From assembly GCA_905479635.1 (NCBI GenBank), contig CAJQNG010000086.1, positions 134 to 64,133 on the forward strand: a DNA stretch of 64,000 bases. Direction: 5' to 3'. The notes under the pieces were generated by a model that searched no databases, was not told the origin of the DNA, and was given only the letters and a program-made list of their open reading frames with translations. The translations under genes and the position numbers were made by a program. This stretch comes from an uncultured Boseongicola sp. GTDB taxonomy: Bacteria > Pseudomonadota > Alphaproteobacteria > Rhodobacterales > Rhodobacteraceae. Positions 10,086 through 20,154 of the stretch are shown here, in pieces; positions within the stretch are counted from its first letter, which is position 1, and each line of letters begins with the position of its first letter.

Positions 10086-11096
10086 ATGTTTAACCGTTTT
10101 ACCAGCATCGTCGGCGCAGCGATCCTTGCCGCGGGCGCTGCGAGTGCGCAGGATGTGACCTTACGCTGGGGTCACTATCTGGGAGACTCAGCTTTCCTTC
10201 AGGCCGAGAAGGACTTTGCAGAGGCAGTCACAGCCCGGACAGAAGGTCGCGTGACCATCGAGATCACTTACGCGGGTGGCCTTGGAGCCGGCAACGAAGT
10301 GATGACACTTGCAGGCCGTGGCGCCATTGACATGGCCTCTGTCGTGCCGGGCTACTACGCCGATCAACTGCTCTTCTGGCGCGCCTATCAGATCCCCTTC
10401 GTCTTTGAGAGCCCACGTCAGGCGATGGAAATTTCAGCCGCCGCGTTTCAGGACCTGCCCTACTTTCAAGAAGAATTGTCGAAGTTCGGCGTCAAATTTT
10501 TATTCCACCAACCTCTGGGCGGTTACTACCTGACCGGTTCGGACGAGAACTGTGACAGCGTGGCGAACCTATCGGGCAAAAAGATCCGCTCGTTTGGTGC
10601 CGATATCCCTAAAGCGCACGAAGCAGTTGGTGCCGTGCCAGTTTCGGTTGGTGTGGGCGAGGTCTACGAGGCTCTTCAAAGCGGTTCTCTTGATTATTCG
10701 TTTCTAAACCGCGGCAACATCCTGTCCAATCGCCTCTTCGAACCAGGCCCGTACAGCTGCGGTCCGGTCATGGCCATCACTGGCCACCTGATCGTTGTAA
10801 ACGAAGACGTATGGGACTCTCTCTCAGCTGAAGATCAGGCGATCATGCAGGAAGAGGCCACTAAGGCTGGCCAAGCCTATATTGGCAACATCGAAGCTGC
10901 CGAAGAAGCAGCAGGCGCGGCAATCGTCGAAGCCGGGGGCACGATCAAGCCTTTCCCAACTGAAGAACTGGCAAAGTGGAAAGACGCAGCTCCTGATCTT
11001 CTCCAGAACTGGGTCGATGACATGGCCTCTCGCGGAATGGGCGACGAGGCCACTGAAGTAGCTGCATACTGGCGCGCAATCATCGACGCCGACTAA
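10086..11096 (+). CDS. dctP: TRAP transporter substrate-binding protein
   Basis: Signal peptide ending ASA-QD, GKKIRS, EVYEALQSG; start moved to ATG after GGGAGA RBS. Confidence 0.9.
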   Translation: MFNRFTSIVGAAILAAGAASAQDVTLRWGHYLGDSAFLQAEKDFAEAVTARTEGRVTIEITYAGGLGAGNEVMTLAGRGAIDMASVVPGYYADQLLFWRAYQIPFVFESPRQAMEISAAAFQDLPYFQEELSKFGVKFLFHQPLGGYYLTGSDENCDSVANLSGKKIRSFGADIPKAHEAVGAVPVSVGVGEVYEALQSGSLDYSFLNRGNILSNRLFEPGPYSCGPVMAITGHLIVVNEDVWDSLSAEDQAIMQEEATKAGQAYIGNIEAAEEAAGAAIVEAGGTIKPFPTEELAKWKDAAPDLLQNWVDDMASRGMGDEATEVAAYWRAIIDAD

Positions 11097-11108
11097 GCAC
11101 AAAACTTC

Positions 11109-11134
11109 GGTGGCGGGCGAAAGCGCCCGCCACC
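11109..11134 (+). terminator. Intercistronic stem-loop after dctP
   Basis: Perfect 11-bp stem GGTGGCGGGCG-AAAG-CGCCCGCCACC, no U-tract. Confidence 0.7.
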
Positions 11135-11157
11135 ATCCATCGGCGATAGGCATCTCT

Positions 11158-11694
11158 GTGAAAATCATCTCCCGTATTGTCGAACGACTAGCTCTCATCA
11201 TCTTGATGATTGGTGGTGTTGGGATGTTAATGTCGATGTTCCTCGGTGTGGCCGATATCGTTGGAACTCAAGTGCTTCTGATACCAGTACCCGGCCCGCG
11301 CGAATTGACCGAAAGCACTATGGTACTCATCGTGTTTGGAGCGCTAGCTTACGCGCAAATTCGCCGCGCCCATATTCGGGTAGAGCTCGTATATTTCCAA
11401 ATGCCGCCGCGGGTGCGCGCGATAATGGACGTAATAACCGATTTGGCAGCCATCGCTTTTTTTGGATTGATCCTGTCGCAGGCCATTCCCGAAGCCCAGT
11501 ATTCCGTGCAAATTGGGGAAGCAACAGTCGGTCTAATTAGGTTCCCGCTCTGGCCTGCCCGGTTCATCCTGGCAGCTGGATGCGCCCTTATGATCATCCA
11601 ACTGATTCTGCATCTGATCGAAGATCTGATCCGCATCAAGACCGGCGAGGGGCTCGACAATGATCCGCTCGAAATCCACCAGAAAGTGGAGTGA
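11158..11694 (+). CDS. dctQ: TRAP transporter small permease
   Basis: Four hydrophobic segments, ELTE and AHIRVEL motifs; start placed at GTG downstream of the hairpin. Confidence 0.85.
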   Translation: MKIISRIVERLALIILMIGGVGMLMSMFLGVADIVGTQVLLIPVPGPRELTESTMVLIVFGALAYAQIRRAHIRVELVYFQMPPRVRAIMDVITDLAAIAFFGLILSQAIPEAQYSVQIGEATVGLIRFPLWPARFILAAGCALMIIQLILHLIEDLIRIKTGEGLDNDPLEIHQKVE

Positions 11695-11700
11695 CAGCAA

Positions 11701-13011
11701 ATGTTTGATCCGGCAACCGCAGGTGTCATTGTCGCAGTTATCCTTTTCTTTCTCCTATCGACCGGTACCCACATCGGTGTCGCGCTCGGTCTGAGTGGTT
11801 TCATCGGTATCTTTATAACAATCAATGAGCGCGCCGCCTTAGCACAGGTAGCGACAATCCCGTTTTCGACGACAAATTCCTTCACACTGGCCGTGATCCC
11901 CCTCTTTATCCTGATGGGATCGCTTGCAACTCAGGCTGGATTGACCACCGACTTATACCGAGCGGCATATAACTGGCTTGGCAAGATCTCAGGCGGCCTT
12001 GCGATGGCCACGACATTGGCCTCGGCAGCCTTCGGCGCCGCTTGTGGATCGACCATCGTAAACGCCGCGGTTTTCACGAAAATGGCCATGCCCGAGATGA
12101 CTAAATTCGGCTACGACAAGCGTCTCTCCGCGGGCTGCATCGCAGCCTCCGGCACTCTGGCTTCGCTCATCCCGCCGTCGATCTTGATGATCATCTATGC
12201 CGTAATCACCGAGCAATCTGTGGCCCGCCTATTGGTAGCAGGCCTGATACCGGGGTTGATGTCGGCGGCCATCTATATGGGCGGTATCTATTTTATTGCC
12301 AAAGCGCGCCCAGACCTTGCTCCCATACCGGACGTGACGATCACACGCCGGGAGAAATGGGAGTCTCTAAAAGGAGTCTGGGGCATCTCGTTCTTGTTCG
12401 TTCTGGTCATCGGCGGAATCTACTTGGGCTTCTTTGTGCCGACATACGCCGGTGCCGTCGGCGCATTCGGAGCCTTCCTGATCGTGGCTGCAAAGCGCAA
12501 ACTAAATTTGCAAGTTCTTGTTGATACTTTCAAGGACGCAGGCATCACCACATCCACGATCTTCATCATCGTCATCGGCGGAATAATTTTTGCGCGCTTC
12601 CTAACCTACACGGGCCTTGTGGTCGACATTTCAGACTGGATGCTCGCTCTCGAACTGTCGCCCATCGCATACCTCCTGTGCTTCGCAGCTCTCTATCTGG
12701 TTCTGGGGATGCTAATTGACCCCATTGCCATCATGGTGATGACCTTGCCAGTAATGTTCCCGATTATGACCGGCGTCGGCTATGATCCGATCTGGTTGGG
12801 GGTTATTGCAATTAAATTGGCGGAGATCAGTCTGATCACGCCACCTGTGGGGTTGAATGTTTATGTCGTTCGCTCAGCCTCACCGGTGCCATTGAGGTTG
12901 GAAGAGGTATTTGCAGGAGTGACGCCGTTCCTGATCCTGGACCTGTTCACCTTGGGCCTGCTGATCGCCTTCCCTTCGATTGTGCTCTTCCTGCCAAATT
13001 TGATGGGCTAA
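11701..13011 (+). CDS. dctM: TRAP transporter large permease
   Basis: LAVIPLFILMG, GTLASLIPPS, ITPPVGLNVYV. Confidence 0.93.
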   Translation: MFDPATAGVIVAVILFFLLSTGTHIGVALGLSGFIGIFITINERAALAQVATIPFSTTNSFTLAVIPLFILMGSLATQAGLTTDLYRAAYNWLGKISGGLAMATTLASAAFGAACGSTIVNAAVFTKMAMPEMTKFGYDKRLSAGCIAASGTLASLIPPSILMIIYAVITEQSVARLLVAGLIPGLMSAAIYMGGIYFIAKARPDLAPIPDVTITRREKWESLKGVWGISFLFVLVIGGIYLGFFVPTYAGAVGAFGAFLIVAAKRKLNLQVLVDTFKDAGITTSTIFIIVIGGIIFARFLTYTGLVVDISDWMLALELSPIAYLLCFAALYLVLGMLIDPIAIMVMTLPVMFPIMTGVGYDPIWLGVIAIKLAEISLITPPVGLNVYVVRSASPVPLRLEEVFAGVTPFLILDLFTLGLLIAFPSIVLFLPNLMG

Positions 13012-14348
13012 GCGCAAAGCAGGTTTGACAAACGACCTGTGTCGGCGGCACTCCCGATCTCGAGGATCTCCAACGCCAATTCGGCAACCTCTTCCGGACG
13101 GTATCTGAGGCCGGCATTTGCAGCAAACTTGTCACGGACATCTGCAGTTTCCACTGGGCGATCTGGCGCACCGCGCACTTGAGTTACCTCGACGCTGATC
13201 CGCCCTTGCCCCGTTTCAAGCTCAATCCGAGCTGCAAAACGTTCGGGAAAGCCGTGGTCCCGCATCGGCGTCCAGGTCATTTTACGAGCGACCTCGATCA
13301 CCTCGGCGCGCGGCGTGGTATCGAAACTGGCCACATCGACACGGCCATCGACCAGCATTAGCGCCATGCAATAGGCCAGGCCCCATTTGCCGTCATAGCC
13401 CGAAACTGGGGTTTGTCGGCGCGCCCATGGCTCGCAAACAAGAGGCGCTGCCGGCGGAGGCACGAAGGCATTCAGTGACGTGAAGTTTTGCGCGGTCACG
13501 CCCTTGCACATCAGACTTTCGATGGCTTCCAGAAACGGGTGAATGTAGTGACAGCAGGGGTAAAGCTTGAAGGCCGCCTGAGGTATGAGCCACTCCTGCC
13601 CGAGTGTGGCGAGTTGAGGCCCAAGCATCTTCCCACCCCCTGCAAAAGTATTCATAACCCCAAATGCGCTATCCAATACCGATGCAGGGCCGGTCATTCC
13701 AGCGCGCGCCAGTCGCACGGCGTCAATACCGGTTCGCGCCGCCCAGCCGGGATTCAGCGCCTTCGACATCGCGCCATCAGCCAGAAAGGCGAGCGTTCCT
13801 GACGCCTGCCCACCCGCTATCCCAATTGCAGAGACCGCACGCGCGGCATCCAGCCCCAATACCTGGGCAGCAGCAGCGGCAGCCCCAATCGCACCGCCGA
13901 CGGAAGTCACCTGAAACCCATGCGCTTGAAACGCGCCCGGGGCCGCAAGGCCGATCCGGATTGCCACTTCCCACGCCACTATATAGGCGCGGATCAAATC
14001 ACATCCGCTGGCCCCGGCGAGTTGCGCGACCGCCAGCGCCACTGGGGCCGCGACAGCGCTGCCATGCACAACCGAGCCAATATGGGTATCGTCGTATTCA
14101 AGCGCATGGATCAGTGCGCCGTTGATCATCGCCGCCGCGCCGGCCTCGGCGGTGCCTCCGGAAAGCAGGCTTGCTGACCCCGCAGGGGCCGCCCCCGCCC
14201 AGTCGGCGTTATCCGCCACGGTGGAGGACGCTATTCCGACGCCTAGCGCATCAAGAAGGTGCAAATGCGCAGCATCCAGAACCTCCTCCGGCACACCCTC
14301 GACAAAGGTCTGTGCGGCAAATGCGGCGATCCGCTCTGCGCCAGTCAT
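13008..14348 (-). CDS. MmgE/PrpD family protein
   Basis: HALEYDDTH...VHGS, FKLYPCCHYIH. Confidence 0.88.
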   Translation of the reverse strand: MTGAERIAAFAAQTFVEGVPEEVLDAAHLHLLDALGVGIASSTVADNADWAGAAPAGSASLLSGGTAEAGAAAMINGALIHALEYDDTHIGSVVHGSAVAAPVALAVAQLAGASGCDLIRAYIVAWEVAIRIGLAAPGAFQAHGFQVTSVGGAIGAAAAAAQVLGLDAARAVSAIGIAGGQASGTLAFLADGAMSKALNPGWAARTGIDAVRLARAGMTGPASVLDSAFGVMNTFAGGGKMLGPQLATLGQEWLIPQAAFKLYPCCHYIHPFLEAIESLMCKGVTAQNFTSLNAFVPPPAAPLVCEPWARRQTPVSGYDGKWGLAYCMALMLVDGRVDVASFDTTPRAEVIEVARKMTWTPMRDHGFPERFAARIELETGQGRISVEVTQVRGAPDRPVETADVRDKFAANAGLRYRPEEVAELALEILEIGSAADTGRLSNLLCA

Positions 14349-15700
14349 GCGCTAGCCTTGATCTCGTCCATCGCAACAATCCCCGCCCTGCGTCCTAGAA
14401 CAAGGGCTGATATTAACCCGTTGCCCGAGGCATAGCCTAGTGCGCCGTCCTGCCCACTGATCCCCGCTGCAGCGCCCCCTCCTGCAAAGAGGTTCGCAAC
14501 AACGCCTCCACTCGCTTTGCGAACTCGGGCTTTGACGTCTACCAGCAACCCGCCTTGAGTGTGAAACAGCCCCGGTTTGACCTTCACTGCGGCGAAGGGG
14601 GCTTGCAACGGAGCCATTGCAAAGGCCTTGCGCCCGAATGCGTCGCACGACTGTGCACGCGCGGCTGCGTTATAGTCCAAGATGGTTTGTTCCAGCCCCG
14701 CGAGGTCGAGACCTACTTTTTCGGCCAATGCCCCTGGCGTGTCAGCCCATGTCACTGCCCCCATTGCGGACATCTCTGCGTATTCTTCCTCGGCCAGTGC
14801 CACCTCATGGATGCGTGCGTCGTATATTGCCCAAGCGAACGAACCCTGTTTCATCACATGTGCAGCAAAGCCTGAATATCCCAGATCCTCATTACCGAAG
14901 CGACGCCCCGTCTCGCTGACCAACACGCCACCCTTTTCTAGCGTCGTCCAAGACAGGAGTTGACCTTGCGGGTAGGCCACAGCCGCATAGCCCTGATAAG
15001 CTCCCATATTGCCCAAGCACGCGCCCAGTTCCTTTCCCCAACGCACGGCATCGCCAGTGCTGCCGGGCGCACCGAAGTACTCGGCGGCGGCGATCTCGGA
15101 GCAATGCTCCGCTACGAGCGCCGGATCGGCAGCAAATCCATTTGTTGCCAGCAGCACCTTTTGTGCACGGATCGACTCCCCACCAACGACTGCCCCGACT
15201 ACCTTTCCGTCTTCGACAAGCAACGACTCCGCCAAGTTACCAACGGCAATTGGGATGTCCCGATCCGCTACGCATCGCAGTAGATCATCTACCAAATCCT
15301 GTCCCCTGCGGGAGCGTGGAGCGTGCAATCGCTCCACTGAATGACCTATATGGCGATAGGCGGTGATCAATTCCATCCGTGCGCCTAGATCGTCAATCAG
15401 CCATTCGCAAAGCGGGCCACACTCCGCGGCAATCATCTGGGTCAAATCGTCGGCATCATGGTGGCCCGCCACCCGGATCAAGTCCGTGACCATACGCTCA
15501 GGACTATCTTCGATGCCTGCCGCGCGCTGATATCTGGAGCCTGCTCCGGGGATTGACCCAGTTGAAAGTGCCGAGTTCCCGCCCGGGCGATCGCGCCCTT
15601 CAAGAATGGCAACGGAGCCGCCGGCGTCATGGGCTGATATAGCGCCCGCTAGCCCACAGGCACCGGCCCCAATGACCAGAAGATCCAGCGTATCGCTCAT
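14345..15700 (-). CDS. FAD-dependent oxidoreductase, fumarate reductase/flavocytochrome c flavin-subunit family
   Basis: VIGAGACG, GGNSALSTG, GRRFGNE, FHTQGGL, YASGNGL. Confidence 0.85.
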   Translation of the reverse strand: MSDTLDLLVIGAGACGLAGAISAHDAGGSVAILEGRDRPGGNSALSTGSIPGAGSRYQRAAGIEDSPERMVTDLIRVAGHHDADDLTQMIAAECGPLCEWLIDDLGARMELITAYRHIGHSVERLHAPRSRRGQDLVDDLLRCVADRDIPIAVGNLAESLLVEDGKVVGAVVGGESIRAQKVLLATNGFAADPALVAEHCSEIAAAEYFGAPGSTGDAVRWGKELGACLGNMGAYQGYAAVAYPQGQLLSWTTLEKGGVLVSETGRRFGNEDLGYSGFAAHVMKQGSFAWAIYDARIHEVALAEEEYAEMSAMGAVTWADTPGALAEKVGLDLAGLEQTILDYNAAARAQSCDAFGRKAFAMAPLQAPFAAVKVKPGLFHTQGGLLVDVKARVRKASGGVVANLFAGGGAAAGISGQDGALGYASGNGLISALVLGRRAGIVAMDEIKASA

Positions 15701-17058
15701 GCGTCGGTCATTCCGCCCACGGTTTCATCCCAAGGCTGCGACAAGGCCATTGTGTCGAGATCGAGAAGCGCATCGACAACAGCGAGCATCGCTGGATATG
15801 GCGCACCCACGATGCCGTGAATCTTGGCTCGGATTTCATCGGGTGTGAACGGCAGGTCAGGTCCTCCTCGCGCGCTCATCACCTCTTCAGTCAGGGTAGA
15901 GCCATCATCTAGCGTCCATGTCACGCGCGTTGGGCGGTCATTTGGCCAATCAGGAAGAGGCAGGAAGGGCGAGGTGCTGACCCTATGGCGCAGCGACACG
16001 ACCTCAGGGATATGCAAGGAGTTGGATGAAAACGCCTCTGCTCCACCGCTGGCATGCACTGCTGACGTCGCGGCGATGTGTTGTATCGAGAATTTCCCGG
16101 CTATCGTGGTTTCGGGGTCTGGATTATCCATAATCCGGGCCTTCTCATGGGTTTCTAAGTGGATCGCAGCGACACGCTCTACCGGAGCTTTTTCCAGCAA
16201 TTTCTTAGTCGCCTCGATGGTCGCATGACCATACTGGCAGCAGGCAAATACCTTGTGATAGCCGTCAGATATGGCCCAGGCTTCGCCTAGCCCGCCATTC
16301 AACTGCTTGGGATCTGCTGACGCTCCGAAGGCATCGGCGTATACATCATGCAGCGCAGAAGGCAGCCCCCGAATACCGATCGCTGCCCAATCCACCGCGC
16401 GCAGCCCGGTCTGGGCCGAGATGCCCGGCCAGACGTTGCGGACAAGCGAGCCTTGGATCGGATGGGTGTAGGGGCCCGGTAGCACCATGGTTGCCGCACT
16501 GGAGATTGCCCCGATGGCCACGTTCTCAGGCACCCGCCGCAGCGCCGAAACCGCGGCAGCCGCGCCAACGGCAGCGAGGCTGCCATGCGGGTGCAAAACA
16601 AGGTTCGCGAACGTAAAGGTGCGTGCGACACGTGCCACAGTTTCATAACCCAAGACCAAGGCACGCAGCAGGTCAGACGTGGAGTATCCTTCAGCCTCAG
16701 CTTCGGCCAATAGTGCCGGCAAGCAGTAGACACCGGCATGACAAATCACGCGGCGATAGCCTTCGTCGAGTTCCGCCCAATCGCCCGCACAGCCATTGGC
16801 CATGGCGGCGGAATAGCGATCGAATCGCTGTCCTCGCGCGTTGAAAACGGTCGCCTCGGCCGGACCGGCAGACTTGGCAACGCCATCATGCAGCGCGACA
16901 ACCTCCGGCTCATCCCGCGCCGCCACCATTGCCGCCATATCATCACACAAAACCAGGGCCGCGCGCTTTTGTACGGGCTCGGGGAGGTCAGCCCATTCGA
17001 TCGCGCTTGTGAAGGCGACAAGATTCTTTAGGGCCGTTCCGATATCAGCAGCGCTCAT
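15697..17058 (-). CDS. MmgE/PrpD family protein
   Basis: WAELDEGY...CHAG, LHPHG, HKVFACCQYGH, AGKFSI. Confidence 0.88.
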   Translation of the reverse strand: MSAADIGTALKNLVAFTSAIEWADLPEPVQKRAALVLCDDMAAMVAARDEPEVVALHDGVAKSAGPAEATVFNARGQRFDRYSAAMANGCAGDWAELDEGYRRVICHAGVYCLPALLAEAEAEGYSTSDLLRALVLGYETVARVARTFTFANLVLHPHGSLAAVGAAAAVSALRRVPENVAIGAISSAATMVLPGPYTHPIQGSLVRNVWPGISAQTGLRAVDWAAIGIRGLPSALHDVYADAFGASADPKQLNGGLGEAWAISDGYHKVFACCQYGHATIEATKKLLEKAPVERVAAIHLETHEKARIMDNPDPETTIAGKFSIQHIAATSAVHASGGAEAFSSNSLHIPEVVSLRHRVSTSPFLPLPDWPNDRPTRVTWTLDDGSTLTEEVMSARGGPDLPFTPDEIRAKIHGIVGAPYPAMLAVVDALLDLDTMALSQPWDETVGGMTDA

Positions 17059-17744
17059 GATACGGTTTCCATAGCATCAAGGGTTTCAATCACCTCAGAC
17101 GAGGGCAGCACATCGGCGTATTTGCCATTCATGTCCCACAAGTTCACCGCATGGGAGGTGGGTGCGCGGTCATAGACACAGTCATCCGGCACGATGACCT
17201 TGAAATTCAGTGCAAAGGCATCCGTGACCGACGAACGGACGCAACCCGAAGTCGTGCAACCCGTCACCACCAGAGTATCGACACCCAGATCGATCAGGTG
17301 GCTGGTTAAGGGCGTACCAAAGAACGCGCTAGGGTGTTTCTTGGGCAATAGTACGTCGCCTTTTAAAGGGGCGATCTGCTCAACGAATTCATAACCCTTA
17401 GCGTCGATCCCCATGATTGAAGGAATTTTTTGCGCCAGGCGTCCCCCATCAGTAGCGGCGTTTTTGGGGGCCACATGAGGATAGAGTACGGGAAACCCCT
17501 TGGCACGAAACACCGACAGCAACGGTTCGATTTTATCCACGGCAGCCCAACCAACATCTCCACATGAGGTCGGGTACTCCTTGATCGCATCCCAATAGGG
17601 TTTCCGCTCCGTCCCGACGGTGCGATACTGCACGTCAATAATCAGCAGTGCAGGATGCTTGCCGAAACCGCCCGCTCCGCCGAACCCCGCAGAGGCATAC
17701 CGGCGCTCTTCTTCTTCGGTGATAACACCGGTCCATGACGGCAT
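17055..17744 (-). CDS. Isochorismatase-family cysteine hydrolase (N-carbamoylsarcosine amidase/maleamate amidohydrolase-like)
   Basis: ALLIIDVQ, KKHPSAFFGT, GCTTSGCVR. Confidence 0.88.
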   Translation of the reverse strand: MPSWTGVITEEEERRYASAGFGGAGGFGKHPALLIIDVQYRTVGTERKPYWDAIKEYPTSCGDVGWAAVDKIEPLLSVFRAKGFPVLYPHVAPKNAATDGGRLAQKIPSIMGIDAKGYEFVEQIAPLKGDVLLPKKHPSAFFGTPLTSHLIDLGVDTLVVTGCTTSGCVRSSVTDAFALNFKVIVPDDCVYDRAPTSHAVNLWDMNGKYADVLPSSEVIETLDAMETVS

Positions 17745-17769
17745 TTCGCGTTCCCCACCCTGCTGAAAT

Positions 17770-17784
17770 CTGTCAACAGTTGAC
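17770..17784. promoter_or_regulatory. Putative GntR operator, copy 2
   Basis: Exact repeat of CTGTCAACAGTTGAC in a divergent intergenic region; extra TGACGTTGTCAAC at 17795-17807. Confidence 0.72.
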
Positions 17785-17837
17785 GGAATGGGCGTGACGT
17801 TGTCAACCTAACTCCCGCTGACCAGACGAGGATTGCA

Positions 17838-18725
17838 ATGGAAATTCGCCACCATAAAAGGTACGACTTCAGACCCCTACCCGAACGTCCAGTCTATGAC
17901 TGGCCTGGCGGCAAACGGCTTGCGGTGAGCCTGTGTAACAACATCGAGTGGTTCTCGTTCATGACGGGGCTTGGAAGTGATCACACTCTGCCGGGGGCGG
18001 CGCAGACAACGCGCAACTATGCATGGCGCGACTACGGCAACCGGGTCGGCATATGGTATTTGTTCGATCTGCTCGACGAGCTTGATCTGCCCGCCTCGCA
18101 CAACGTCAACGCCGCCGCGCTCGACCGCTGCCCCGAGATTGTCGCCCGAATTCGCGCGCGGGGGGACGAGGTGATTGGACACGGACTGACCAACTCCGAG
18201 CGGCAGGACTGTATGGACGAGGCGACCGAGCGCGCGATGATTGAGCACACCTCTGACGCTATCGCCCGCCACTTTGGCGCGCGCCCCAAGGGCTGGCTCG
18301 GCCCCTACATCGTGCAATCAGAAGTCACGCTCGACCTACTTGAGGAGGCCGGCTATTCCTATATGCTCGACTGGCCCGCTGACGACCAACCTTTCTGGAT
18401 GAGCACGCGCTCGGGACCGTTGCTTTCGGTCCCTTACTCCATCGAGTTGAACGACAGCCCGGCGCAGGTGTTCCGCCACCATACAGGCCGTGAGTTCGAG
18501 GAGATGATCGTCGACCATTTCGACGAGATGCTCTTCCAATCGGCCAAATACCCACTAGTCTTCAACATCGTGCTACACCCATTTGTCATTGGTCAGCCTT
18601 TCCGATTGCGCGCGCTTCGCCGTGCGCTCGACCACATACTTAAACACCGCGATGATCTATGGCTGACCACCCCGGGCGGTGTGGCAGATTACGTCGCCAA
18701 GCTTCCTGAAGGGACAGTCCCATGA
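17838..18725 (+). CDS. Polysaccharide deacetylase-fold hydrolase (PuuE-like)
   Basis: WPGGKRLAV, WRDYGNRVG, PKGWLGP, DDQPFW, LHPFVIGQPFR. Confidence 0.87.
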   Translation: MEIRHHKRYDFRPLPERPVYDWPGGKRLAVSLCNNIEWFSFMTGLGSDHTLPGAAQTTRNYAWRDYGNRVGIWYLFDLLDELDLPASHNVNAAALDRCPEIVARIRARGDEVIGHGLTNSERQDCMDEATERAMIEHTSDAIARHFGARPKGWLGPYIVQSEVTLDLLEEAGYSYMLDWPADDQPFWMSTRSGPLLSVPYSIELNDSPAQVFRHHTGREFEEMIVDHFDEMLFQSAKYPLVFNIVLHPFVIGQPFRLRALRRALDHILKHRDDLWLTTPGGVADYVAKLPEGTVP

Positions 18726-19108
18726 CGCGCGATGCTCAATTCGCCTTAGTGAAACGCTACTTCGACGCAGTAGATGGAGAGGACCTGCCCGGCTTACTGG
18801 ACACTCTGGCTCCCGATTGCGTTTTCACGGTCGAGACCCACAATGTTAAGCTTGCGGGCCATGCCGAGATTTCCTCCATGTTCACCCGGCTTTGGGCAGA
18901 CCATGCTGCCGTTCTACACCACCAGTTCACACACGTAGCGGACCCGGAGACAGGCCGTATCTCAAGCCGCTTCACAGTTCAGAATACCGAGCATGACGGA
19001 AGCCTGACCCATAAATCCAACTGCAACTTCTTCGAGATCGCCGGCGAGCGTTTTGCAACGGTGCGTGTCTATATGACTGGACAGAACACCTTGAAGGACG
19101 GCGTATGA
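18722..19108 (+). CDS. SnoaL/NTF2-like protein
   Basis: 128 aa, VKRYFDAVDGED N-terminal helix pattern, KSNCNFF, VYMTG. Confidence 0.8.
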   Translation: MTRDAQFALVKRYFDAVDGEDLPGLLDTLAPDCVFTVETHNVKLAGHAEISSMFTRLWADHAAVLHHQFTHVADPETGRISSRFTVQNTEHDGSLTHKSNCNFFEIAGERFATVRVYMTGQNTLKDGV

Positions 19109-19482
19109 CCGACGACGGACTGACCGAACTTGCGATGCGGTACTTCAAAGCGCTCGACGCTCGTGATCCCGATGCATTGGCAGAAACACTGGCCGAGGAT
19201 TGCGTGGTAACGATTGAGACCCACGGCATCCGCTATGATGGGCGCGAAGCGGTCCGCAAGCTCTTCGCGATACGTTGGGAGGGCCCTTTGCGGGCGGTCC
19301 ACCACGATTTCACCCATTCGCCCTCAGCTGCAAAGGGCCGGATCGCCAGCCAGTTTACCGTCACTTACTCTGGGCCCAACGCGCCGGAACCCAAATCCAA
19401 CGTCAATGTCTTCACCATGCACAGCGGCACAATCCAAAAGATCGCCGTCTATATGGCAGGTGCCAACACGATCAAGACGTAA
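19105..19482 (+). CDS. SnoaL/NTF2-like protein (tandem paralog)
   Basis: RYFKALDARD, shares IETH, HHDFTH, KSNVNVF, VYMAGANT with upstream gene. Confidence 0.8.
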   Translation: MTDDGLTELAMRYFKALDARDPDALAETLAEDCVVTIETHGIRYDGREAVRKLFAIRWEGPLRAVHHDFTHSPSAAKGRIASQFTVTYSGPNAPEPKSNVNVFTMHSGTIQKIAVYMAGANTIKT

Positions 19483-20143
19483 GGATGGCGATCACTTCGC
19501 CGGTGGAGCGGACCTTGCCGAAGAAGCGGCCAAAGTTGCGCATTGTTCCCTCGTGCAATTCCTTGTGGGTCGTGGCACAAGCATCTTCCACCAACGTAAC
19601 CGCATAGCCCCGATCCGCAGCCTCCCGCGCTGTGGTTTCGACGCACATGTTCGTCGAAACCCCCGTCATGAAGAGATGCTCGCGGTCCATAGTGCGCAGC
19701 AGGTGGTCAAGACCCGTTGAGGCAAAAGCACCTATGGAAGTCTTGCGTACAATGGGATCGCCAGGCTCGGGCGCAAGTTCTTCAATGATCTGATGCTGGC
19801 GCTGGCCCTCGTAATTACCCACCGATTGAAAGAAGGCGCGCATATGCACCGGGGCATCGGAACAATCCGCCAATGCCGCGCCGATTGTAACGTAGACAAC
19901 CTTCCCGCCGGCCGCGCGCATCGCCTTGATCAGGCGTTGGTTGTTGGGGATCACGAGGCTCTCGATCCGGTGAAAACGCCAGTCGGCTACACTGTTGCCC
20001 TCCGCCTTCATTTTCTCAGCTAAGGCCCCGGTGCGGTGGCCGGTGGCATATTGCATATCGACGATCACAAGGGCCGAGCGCGCGGGATCCGTGACCCGTT
20101 CGGCATTGAACTGGGTGACGTAGTCGGAGCTTGTCTCGTTCAT
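19472..20143 (-). CDS. Isochorismatase-family cysteine hydrolase
   Basis: ALVIVDMQ, KTSIGAF, GVSTNMCVETTAR; start moved to MNETSS after GAGG RBS. Confidence 0.88.
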   Translation of the reverse strand: MNETSSDYVTQFNAERVTDPARSALVIVDMQYATGHRTGALAEKMKAEGNSVADWRFHRIESLVIPNNQRLIKAMRAAGGKVVYVTIGAALADCSDAPVHMRAFFQSVGNYEGQRQHQIIEELAPEPGDPIVRKTSIGAFASTGLDHLLRTMDREHLFMTGVSTNMCVETTAREAADRGYAVTLVEDACATTHKELHEGTMRNFGRFFGKVRSTGEVIAILTS

Positions 20144-20154
20144 GGGTTTTCCTC

